A DNA stretch of 32,000 nt from Halomicrobium mukohataei DSM 12286. Lineage in GTDB: Archaea > Halobacteriota > Halobacteria > Halobacteriales > Haloarculaceae. The notes beneath the pieces were generated by a model. It saw only the letters and a program-made list of their open reading frames with translations. It did no database searches and was not told the origin of the DNA. The stretch spans positions 1,920,001 through 1,952,000 of the forward strand of contig NC_013202.1 in NCBI RefSeq assembly GCF_000023965.1, given 5' to 3'. Of this stretch, positions 25,535-32,000 are shown in pieces; position 1 is the stretch's first letter, and every line of letters begins with the position of its first letter. Position numbers and translations under genes: made by a program.

Positions 25535-25544
25535 TTTGTTATGG
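25535..25544 (-). promoter_or_regulatory. CCATAACAAA promoter-like motif upstream of glmS
   Basis: Exact 10-mer on the minus strand, 100 nt upstream of the glmS ATG and 26 nt upstream of ATG 25508, which opens a short upstream ORF. Confidence 0.45.
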
Positions 25545-25561
25545 ACGACTCAAGGCTAAAA

Positions 25562-25582
25562 CCTCGCCCTTTAGGGCGGGGA
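25562..25582 (+). repeat. Left-end subterminal hairpin of the IS element
   Basis: CCTCGCCCTTTAGGGCGGGGA forms a 7-bp stem (one G-T pair) with a TTTA loop, 110 nt upstream of the tnpB ATG. Confidence 0.6.
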
Positions 25583-25691
25583 TACAGCCGACAATTCCTA
25601 CACAGTCCCCGTCGATTCCAAGGCCGGATATTCCACGCCCTGCTCGTTACCTTTAATATAATGTCCCATAACTGGTTATAAACACAGTACG

Positions 25692-26948
25692 ATGCTGGAG
25701 ACGACCCGCACCTACGTCGTACGCATCACGAACCACGGTCAGGTTCGTGACGACCTTGACCAGTGCGGGTTCGTAGCATCCAAGCTGTGGAACGTCGGAC
25801 GCCACTACATCCAAGGTCGGTGGGATGAGGACGGTGAAATACCCGACGAGAAAGAGCTAAAATCGGAGTTGAAAGACCACGAACGCTACAGTGACCTGCA
25901 TTCTCAGTCAAGTCAGCGAGTTCTCGAAGAGCTTGCTGAGGCGTTCACCGGCTGGTACAACTCCGACGACGGCAATAACCCACCCGGCTATCGGAAACGT
26001 GGTGACCGACACCCGCGCTCCACCGTGACGTGGAAGCAGAAAGCCATCAAGCACGACGACAAGCACGGCCAGCTTCGTCTCTCGAAAGGCTTCAACCTGA
26101 AAGAGAGTCGATCTGACTTCATCCTCGCGGAATACGAAACCCGCCCTGACGTAGAAGTCGAGCACATCCAGCAGGTGCGTGCCGTCTGGAACGGCGACGA
26201 GTGGGAACTACACCTCGTCTGCAAGAAAGAAATTCCAATCGAGGACGCACCCGGCGACGCCACGGCGGGTATCGATCTCGGTATCAGCAACTACCTCGCT
26301 ATCGACTATGAGAACGGCCCCTCGGAGCTGTATCCGGGGAACGTGCTGAAAGAGGACAAGCACTACTTCACCCGCGAGGAGTATCAGACCGAAGGCGAGA
26401 ACGGGCCGTCGAAGCGTGCGCGGAAGGCTCGCCGGAAACTCTCCCGACGCAAAGACCACTTCCTCCACACTCTCAGCAAGCACATCGTTGAGCAGTGTGT
26501 CGAAGAAGGTGTGGGAAAGATCGCGGTTGGCGACCTCAGCGACATTCGCGAAGGCGAGAACGGTGATTCGCGGAATTGGGGTCCGTCGGGAAACAAGAAG
26601 TTGCACGGATGGGAGTTCGGCCGCTTCGCCCGTCTGCTCGAATACAAGGCCGAGGAACACGGCATCCTCGTTGATCGTGTAGACGAGGAGAACACCTCAA
26701 AGACGTGTTCGTGTTGCGGACAGATTCGTGCTAGCAACCGCGTGGAGCGTGGGCTGTACGTCTGTGAGTCGTGCGAGACGACGATGAATGCGGACGTGAA
26801 CGGTGCGGTGAACATTCGGAGAAAGATAACTCAGAGTCCCCCGACGGGGGATATGAGTAACGGCTGGTTGGCACAGCCCGGAGTCTTCCTGTTCGACCGC
26901 GAGAGCGGACGGTTCCCACCGAGAGAACAGGGAGACTGTAGACCCTAA
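25692..26948 (+). CDS. tnpB: TnpB (OrfB) RNA-guided endonuclease of the IS200/IS605 family
   Basis: 418 aa. RuvC-I GIDLGISN, C-terminal zinc ribbon CSCCG ... CESCE and RuvC-III NADVNGAVNI are all present. The reading frame is intact. A TTTAATATAA box lies about 30 nt upstream. Confidence 0.93.
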   Translation: MLETTRTYVVRITNHGQVRDDLDQCGFVASKLWNVGRHYIQGRWDEDGEIPDEKELKSELKDHERYSDLHSQSSQRVLEELAEAFTGWYNSDDGNNPPGYRKRGDRHPRSTVTWKQKAIKHDDKHGQLRLSKGFNLKESRSDFILAEYETRPDVEVEHIQQVRAVWNGDEWELHLVCKKEIPIEDAPGDATAGIDLGISNYLAIDYENGPSELYPGNVLKEDKHYFTREEYQTEGENGPSKRARKARRKLSRRKDHFLHTLSKHIVEQCVEEGVGKIAVGDLSDIREGENGDSRNWGPSGNKKLHGWEFGRFARLLEYKAEEHGILVDRVDEENTSKTCSCCGQIRASNRVERGLYVCESCETTMNADVNGAVNIRRKITQSPPTGDMSNGWLAQPGVFLFDRESGRFPPREQGDCRP

Positions 26949-26965
26949 TATCCCAACGCTCGGGA

Positions 26966-26992
26966 ATCCTCGCCCTTCAGGGCGGGGAGGAT
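26966..26992 (+). repeat. Right-end subterminal hairpin of the IS element
   Basis: ATCCTCGCCCTTCAGGGCGGGGAGGAT has the same core as the left-end hairpin and begins 18 nt after the tnpB stop. Confidence 0.6.
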
Positions 26993-27036
26993 GTCAAGCG
27001 ACGGCTGTCGGTCGTCCGACGGAGTCGACGGGTAGC

Positions 27037-27585
27037 TCAGAGACCGCCGGCAGTCTTCACTTCGCCCCGCTCTGTGGCGGCCAGAGGATCGCTCGCGAGT
27101 TCGGCCAGTCCGGTCAGATACGAGTGGACCGTCATGTCGACTGCCTCGAACTGGCTCGGGACGACTCCCGCGAGTTCGCCGTCGACGTACGTCGCCAGAC
27201 AGATTCGTGGGAGCTTGATGCAGTCGAACGCTTCGTCGGTGACGAACGATTCACAGACCGTCTGCTCGAAGGGGAGTTCGACCTCGGGATAGCCGTCTGC
27301 CCAGCGTTCGAACTCCTCGATCTTGTTGTGCAGGTATCGCCCGACCGGCGACTGGGAACAGCGTTCCCCCGTGTAGAGACGATCACCCCACACCTGAACG
27401 GTGAACCGATCGATCCTGTCTCGTTCCTCCAGTCCGTCGAGGCGTTCGAGGACGGCCGACTGCGTCGTCTGGGTGGGCGTCGGTGCCCCCAGCGACCGAA
27501 CGAACACGTCGACGCGAACGTCGTCACTCGCTTCGACGCGCTCGCTGTGATTCGACCACCACTCACGGTACGGTGTCTCTGACAT
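27037..27585 (-). CDS. Conserved haloarchaeal hypothetical protein (182 aa; relatives recalled as annotated HTH domain-containing)
   Basis: Begins at MSETPYREWW (ATG 27585). The pattern VFVRSLG ... AVLERLDGLEERDRIDRFTVQVWG ... IKLPRICLATYVDGELAGVVP resembles a widespread haloarchaeal family. The upstream part of the track ORF is Arg-rich and not protein-like. A CTTATGT box lies about 33 nt upstream. Confidence 0.65.
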   Translation of the reverse strand: MSETPYREWWSNHSERVEASDDVRVDVFVRSLGAPTPTQTTQSAVLERLDGLEERDRIDRFTVQVWGDRLYTGERCSQSPVGRYLHNKIEEFERWADGYPEVELPFEQTVCESFVTDEAFDCIKLPRICLATYVDGELAGVVPSQFEAVDMTVHSYLTGLAELASDPLAATERGEVKTAGGL

Positions 27586-27821
27586 CGTGTTCTTCTTGTG
27601 GGTCCGTACCAGCCGACATAAGCGGGTTCGACCGTTCACAGAACTGATTCGTGATAACCCTCCACTGTCGCCGATATGGTGGGGCTTCGCCGTGCTGGAG
27701 TCCAGCCGCCGGTGTCCGAGCGAGGGTTGCGACCTCTCCACCTGCGGTGGCCCGTCCCGCCTTACCGGGCGACGGACCGTTCGTCCGTCCGGTACCGAGC
27801 CGAGAGCGTTCGGTAGCCCGG

Positions 27822-27831
27822 CCATAACAAT
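27822..27831 (+). promoter_or_regulatory. CCATAACAAT promoter-like motif upstream of the second GT2 gene
   Basis: 9 of 10 identity to CCATAACAAA. ATG 27876 lies 44 nt downstream. Confidence 0.45.
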
Positions 27832-27875
27832 GCGTGGGCCAGCGGTGCGTCGGGACAAGAAATGGTGATCGGTGT

Positions 27876-28901
27876 ATGAGCTGCCGGGGGCAGGCCACGA
27901 GCGGGCACAGCAGCGACACAGCGTCCGATCTTTCCCTCTCCGTGGTCGTCGTGACCTACAACGAGGCCGATCGTATCGAGGCGTGTCTCGATGCGATCTT
28001 CGAGGCGTGTCGCCGGTTCGAACGTACCGAAGTCGTCATGGTCGATTCGCGCTCGACCGACGAGACCATCGCGCTGGCCGCCAACTATCCGATCCGTGTC
28101 TACCGTCTCCCCGCGTCCACGGACCGCACGCCCGGTGCCGGTCGATACGTCGGGACACAGGTCACGTCGGCTGACCCCGTGCTGTTCGTCGACGGCGACA
28201 TGATCGTCGAGCCCTCGTGGGTCGCGGCCGCCGCGGCGCGGCTCCGGTCCGAGCCCGCGGTCGCCGGCGTCGACGGCTGTCTCAACGACGCCTCCGGACG
28301 GACCGAACGCCGCGTCGACACGCTTCGTGGCGTCGTACTGTACGACCGGGCGATCCTGGCGTCGGTCGGCGGCTTCGACCCGCACCTGCAGGCCCTCGAA
28401 GACGTGGAGCTGGGCTTCCGCCTCAGGAACGCGGGATACCACCTGGTGCGGCTCCCGATCGTCGCCGCAACCCACCCCTTCGGCGACGGGCTACCAGAGC
28501 TGCGTCGCCGGTGGCGCAGCGGCTACTACTTCGGCCGCGGGCAGGTCCTGCGCAAGTGGTCTCGATCCCCGCGGATGGTCGCGCGCGTGTGTCACTACTC
28601 TCGACTCTACGCGGTGATGGGCGGCTGGACGGCGCTCGGAATCTTCGCAACCGGTTCGCTGGGACCGGTCGGGCTTCTGGCGTGGTGCTGCGTGACGGCG
28701 GCGCTGGTCGGCGTCTGTCTCCGACTCAAGGGGCGGACCTGGGTCGAAAACAAGTCGATATCGCTCGCTCCCGTCTGGGCGGGCGCACTCGTCGGCTTTC
28801 TCGGGCCGCACCCGCCGCCGTCTTCCTATCCGGTCGGACGGGTCGAGCTGATCGCGACGCCGACCGGGCGGAGTTCCGGAGCGGTCGGAGGGATTCGATG
28901 A
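27876..28901 (+). CDS. GT2 family glycosyltransferase with C-terminal TM segments
   Basis: LSVVVVTYNEADRI, VMVDSRSTDET and FVDGDM (DxD), with C-terminal hydrophobic helices. Confidence 0.85.
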   Translation: MSCRGQATSGHSSDTASDLSLSVVVVTYNEADRIEACLDAIFEACRRFERTEVVMVDSRSTDETIALAANYPIRVYRLPASTDRTPGAGRYVGTQVTSADPVLFVDGDMIVEPSWVAAAAARLRSEPAVAGVDGCLNDASGRTERRVDTLRGVVLYDRAILASVGGFDPHLQALEDVELGFRLRNAGYHLVRLPIVAATHPFGDGLPELRRRWRSGYYFGRGQVLRKWSRSPRMVARVCHYSRLYAVMGGWTALGIFATGSLGPVGLLAWCCVTAALVGVCLRLKGRTWVENKSISLAPVWAGALVGFLGPHPPPSSYPVGRVELIATPTGRSSGAVGGIR

Positions 28902-28929
28902 CCGACGCGGCCACGCTGGGGGGAGGTCC

Positions 28930-30444
28930 GTGGATCGGTCGCTAACCGAGGCGTTCAGCGCACTGTTCAGTGCCAAGCTGGCGACTTCGGTGATCAGTAT
29001 CGTCTCCTTACCGATCGTCGTCCGGGAGCTGGGGACGACCGGGTACGGGGACTACGCCTTCCTCATCTCCTCGTTCAGCCTCTACATGATCCTCGTCAGC
29101 TCCGGTGTCACGGAGGGCGTCCAGAAGTTCGTCGCCGAGGAGCGCGCGGACGACCGCTGGCACGAACACGTCGTCGGCTTCTACCTCCGACTGACGCTCG
29201 GACTCGGGGCGGTCGGTGCGGTCGTCGTCGGCGCGGCCAGCGCGAGCGGGCTGCCGGACCGCCTGCTCGGTGCGCCGTTCTCCTACTACTTCGCGTTGCT
29301 GGCGGTGCTGGTCGTCGCCGCACAGCTCCGGGCGTTCACCCGCCGGACACTGATGGGGCTCGGTCTGGAGCGCTACTCCGAGCCTCTCCGGGTCGCGGCG
29401 AAACTCACGTGGGTCGGACTCGGACTCGGGCTGGCCGCTCTCGGACTCGGCGTCGACGCCTTCCTCGTCTCGAACATCGCTGGTGCGACGCTGCTCGCCG
29501 TCGTCGGTCTCGCGGTGATCGCCCGCCGACTGTCGGTCTCTGCCATCCTCCGTGGCCCACCAGACGACTTCCCCACTCGAGAACTGCTCTCGTTTAACGG
29601 GCTCAACATCGTCCTCGTGCTCCTCTTGCTGTCGCTGTTCCACGTCGACGTGGTGATGATGCGACTCCTGACCGACGGCGGACAGACGGGACAGTACAGA
29701 GCCGCCCTGGCGATCGCGGAGTACGTCTGGTTCGTTCCGCTCTCTCTCCAGACGCTGCTGTTGCACTCCAGTTCCCGGCTATGGGCCGAGCGTCGGTTCG
29801 AGCGCCTCACCGACATCGCCTCCCGAATTACGCGCTACGTCTGGCTGCTCGTGTCGCTGATGGCGATCGGTCTGTTCGTCCTGGCCGACGCGGCGATCCC
29901 GCTGTACTTCGGCCCCGAGTTCACCGACACCGTCGGACCACTGCTCGTCCTGTTGCCCGGGACGATCGGCTTCGCGCTGGCCCGCCCGCTGTACGCCATC
30001 AACCAGGGGAGCGGCCGCCTCCGAACACCGATCGTCGCCACAGGCGGGGCTGCCGCTATCAACGTCGTCCTCAACGCGGCACTGATCCCGGCCTACGGAA
30101 TGATCGGCGCTGCGGCTGCCACCAGCGTCGGCTACGGTTCGATGTTCGCCTTCCACGTCGCCTGCGCGCGGCATCTGGGGTATCGACCGCTGGCCGATCT
30201 CCGGTTCCCGTCGCTGGTCGGGACCGCGGTCGTCGCCGCTCCCGTCATCTACGCCGTCGACGCCGTTCTCGTCGGCGACTACCTCTCTCTCGCGGTGGTC
30301 CCGGTCGCCGGTGCAGTCGTCTACACGATCGTCGCCGTGGCGTTCGGTGCGGTGACCGTCGACGAACTCCGGTCGGTCACCGGCGCGTTGCCCGCACCGG
30401 TCGGTCCTCGTCTCCGAGCGCTCTTGCCTGGGTCCGACCGCTGA
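28930..30444 (+). CDS. Wzx-type oligosaccharide/polysaccharide flippase (MOP superfamily)
   Basis: 504 aa with about 12-14 TM helices. The N-terminal pattern KLATSVISIVSLPIVVRELGTTGYGDYAF is typical of polysaccharide biosynthesis (Wzx) proteins. A GGAGGT Shine-Dalgarno lies 3 nt before GTG 28930. Confidence 0.85.
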   Translation: MDRSLTEAFSALFSAKLATSVISIVSLPIVVRELGTTGYGDYAFLISSFSLYMILVSSGVTEGVQKFVAEERADDRWHEHVVGFYLRLTLGLGAVGAVVVGAASASGLPDRLLGAPFSYYFALLAVLVVAAQLRAFTRRTLMGLGLERYSEPLRVAAKLTWVGLGLGLAALGLGVDAFLVSNIAGATLLAVVGLAVIARRLSVSAILRGPPDDFPTRELLSFNGLNIVLVLLLLSLFHVDVVMMRLLTDGGQTGQYRAALAIAEYVWFVPLSLQTLLLHSSSRLWAERRFERLTDIASRITRYVWLLVSLMAIGLFVLADAAIPLYFGPEFTDTVGPLLVLLPGTIGFALARPLYAINQGSGRLRTPIVATGGAAAINVVLNAALIPAYGMIGAAAATSVGYGSMFAFHVACARHLGYRPLADLRFPSLVGTAVVAAPVIYAVDAVLVGDYLSLAVVPVAGAVVYTIVAVAFGAVTVDELRSVTGALPAPVGPRLRALLPGSDR

Positions 30445-31202
30445 CGTGTCGCGTCACCCGGCGAATTTATTCTCCACCTATAAATGAAGAAATGTATACT
30501 GGTAGCTCGTACCATCAACAGGGTGTGACGTTCGACCGACCGCCGCGACGTATCAGACCTCCAGTTTCGTCTGGAAATATATCGAACACAACAGCCGCCA
30601 CCCTCAATACGTTTCCGGTGTCGTACCGCCGATCGAGAGGGTCTGGTGCCGTTCGCTACGCGATCGCCTCGACGGTGACGATGTGATCGTCGACGCTGGT
30701 ACCCTCACTCTTCGACTGTCTCGTGGCCCCACGCGAGATCGCACTGTTCGGTCGTGGCGTCGTCTCGCTCCGGACGCGCCCGCGCAATCTCGACGTGTAC
30801 CGGAGGTCGGACCGATGTCACACGATCCGGTCCGCGGATTCGAGCATATCAGCGAGAGACGACTACCCAATTTCGATACTGCATCTCAAACCGGTGGTTC
30901 GTTTCTCGCGCGAACAAGTGTACGCAGCCATATACGTTCTCCACGGGCCGATGCTTCCGGCCGGTCGCCGCCCGCAGCTCTCCCGAACGTATCACTCTCA
31001 GTATACCGTTCCCGACCCGCGGTTTCCTCGCCCGCTCTCGATAGTGCTATCACTGGTACCACCGTTATTTCCTCCTCGTGAACACCTGTGCCAGCTCCCG
31101 GATAGCGACCAATCAGTTTCGAAAGAGTTTCTCCCCGACCGCGACAGTCCTTACATCTGTCATACCAGAATCTACAAATAGGAGCGCGCCGTGGCCCGTC
31201 AC

Positions 31203-32000
31203 ATGAACTCCGGAACGCTAACCGTCGAGAATATCGGCGGCATCGAGCACACGACAGCAGAGATACCGCCCGGCGTCACCGTCCTCGCGAGCCCGAACGC
31301 CTCGAACAAGACCTCGTTTCTCCGATCGGTGATGGCCGCGCTCGGTAGCGATCAGGTCTCGCTCAAGGGCGACGCAGACGAGGGGTCGGTGAGCCTCGAA
31401 CTCGACGGGACGACGTACGAACGGACGTTCGAACGAACGGGTGCGACCGTCCGCTCGGACGGCACTCCCTACCTCGACGACTCTGCCGTCGCAGATCTCT
31501 TTGCCTTCCTGTTGAAGTCCAACGAGGCCAGGCGTGCCGTCCAGTCGACCGTCGACCTGCGGGAACTCATCATGCGACCGGTCGACACCGAAGCGATCCA
31601 GTCCGAGATCGAGCGTTGTCAGCGCGAACGCGATCACATCGACGAACAACTGGACGAGATCGACTCGCTCAAGCAGCGACTTCCCGACCTCGAAGAGCAA
31701 AAGCGCGAGCTGCAAAACGAGGTCGAGGCGAAGCGTTCGGAACTGGAGTCACTCGAAACGGAGATCGAGGAGGCCGACGCTTCCGTCGAAAGCCAGCGCG
31801 AGGAACGCGACGAACTCGAAACGGCGCTGGAAGAGCTTCGAGACGTTCGCTCGACACTCGAAGACGTTCGCTACGAGATCGAGGCAAAGCGCAAGCGCCA
31901 CTCCTCGCTCAAGGAGGAGCGAAACGAGCTCGAAACCGAGATCGACGAACTGGCCGACGTGCCCGAAGACGAACTGGCCAACATCGAGGGCCACGTCGAC
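31203..32000 (+). CDS. Archaea-specific SMC-related ATPase (Sph-like), N-terminal 266 codons; continues beyond the window
   Basis: Not in the supplied track because there is no stop in the window. Carries TVENIGGIEH, the P-loop-like SPNASNKTSF, LFAFLLKSNEARRAV and LRELIMRPVDT, followed by a long Glu/Leu/Arg coiled coil. An ACAAATA box lies about 25-30 nt upstream. Confidence 0.8.
   Translation, partial: MNSGTLTVENIGGIEHTTAEIPPGVTVLASPNASNKTSFLRSVMAALGSDQVSLKGDADEGSVSLELDGTTYERTFERTGATVRSDGTPYLDDSAVADLFAFLLKSNEARRAVQSTVDLRELIMRPVDTEAIQSEIERCQRERDHIDEQLDEIDSLKQRLPDLEEQKRELQNEVEAKRSELESLETEIEEADASVESQREERDELETALEELRDVRSTLEDVRYEIEAKRKRHSSLKEERNELETEIDELADVPEDELANIEGHVD

Larger units (their letters stand above)
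25545..27000 (+). mobile_element. IS200/IS605-family, IS1341-type TnpB-only insertion element (boundaries approximate)
   Basis: A single tnpB ORF is flanked by near-identical hairpins CCTCGCCCTT(T/C)AGGGCGGGGA at 25562-25582 and within 26966-26992. GC is about 55-58% in two 60-nt lines I counted, against about two-thirds in the flanks. No tnpA is present. Confidence 0.7.

Noticed and set aside
23609-25656. ORFs 23609-24721 (-), 24529-25656 (+) and other frames within glmS
   Set aside because: glmS is unambiguous in its own frame. The others are Arg-rich shadow ORFs.
27586-27858. N-terminal extension of ORF 27037-27858 (minus) to 273 aa
   Set aside because: The extra 91 residues are Arg/Pro/Gly-rich and basic. 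They would also run through the divergent promoter region. Family-like sequence starts at MSETPYREWW (ATG 27585).
28217-29766. ORFs 28217-28945 (+) and 29008-29766 (-)
   Set aside because: These are alternative frames of the GT2 gene and an antisense ORF of the flippase gene. Arg-rich translations make no sense opposite clearly hydrophobic or motif-bearing frames.
30683-31181. Three overlapping plus-strand ORFs (132, 152 and 96 aa) in the spacer before the SMC-related gene
   Set aside because: All three frames are open at once, which indicates a simple lack of stop codons. The products are basic, Arg/Ser/Pro-rich, lack motifs and do not resemble the host proteome.
31218-31994. Minus-strand ORFs 31218-31715, 31669-31887 and 31749-31994
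   Set aside because: They are antisense shadows of the SMC-related coiled-coil gene, whose GAA/GAG/CTC-rich coding strand keeps the opposite strand open.

Overview
GC-rich segment (roughly two-thirds G+C) with the acidic proteome typical of a haloarchaeon (class Halobacteria). Most of it is a cell-surface glycan biosynthesis island. It holds a translationally coupled minus-strand operon (8305 down to 2291): DUF354, UDP-GlcNAc 2-epimerase, GT4, a large polytopic membrane protein and DUF1616. It also holds a nucleotide-sugar dehydrogenase (12445-13812) and a plus-strand operon of N-acetyltransferase, DegT aminotransferase and Gfo/Idh/MocA oxidoreductase (17248-19917). A polysaccharide deacetylase, an SDR epimerase, two GT2 enzymes, a Wzx-type flippase and glmS complete the set. 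The dehydrogenase, oxidoreductase, aminotransferase, acetyltransferase and epimerase match the WbpA-B-E-D-I logic for a UDP-2,3-diacetamido-2,3-dideoxy-hexuronic acid. Two beta-helix proteins sit at the left edge. Between 8.7 and 17 kb lies a regulator-rich stretch: four paralogous haloarchaeal wHTH proteins (two membrane anchored), a HalOD1 protein, a TrmB regulator, another small wHTH and two small ORFs missing from the supplied track. An intact IS200/IS605-family TnpB-only element (about 25.55-27.0 kb) with matching end hairpins abuts the glmS promoter region. An archaea-specific SMC-related ATPase starts at 31203 and runs off the window. Four non-genic signals deserve follow-up. (i) Three ~80-nt extended hairpin elements with a conserved outer stem and covarying apical stem lie immediately 3' of minus-strand genes (11095-11175, 12283-12362, 12364-12445). 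(ii) A 10-mer, CCATAACAAW, recurs upstream of nearly every glycan-pathway transcription unit, usually 25-30 nt before a start codon. (iii) Short upstream ORFs begin at the predicted leaderless start and end overlapping the main start codons of glmS, the sugar dehydrogenase and a DUF457 hydrolase. (iv) A seven-run G-quadruplex-type tract sits in a divergent promoter region. I saw no rRNA, tRNA or CRISPR array. Family names and DUF numbers are from memory and need a database check.
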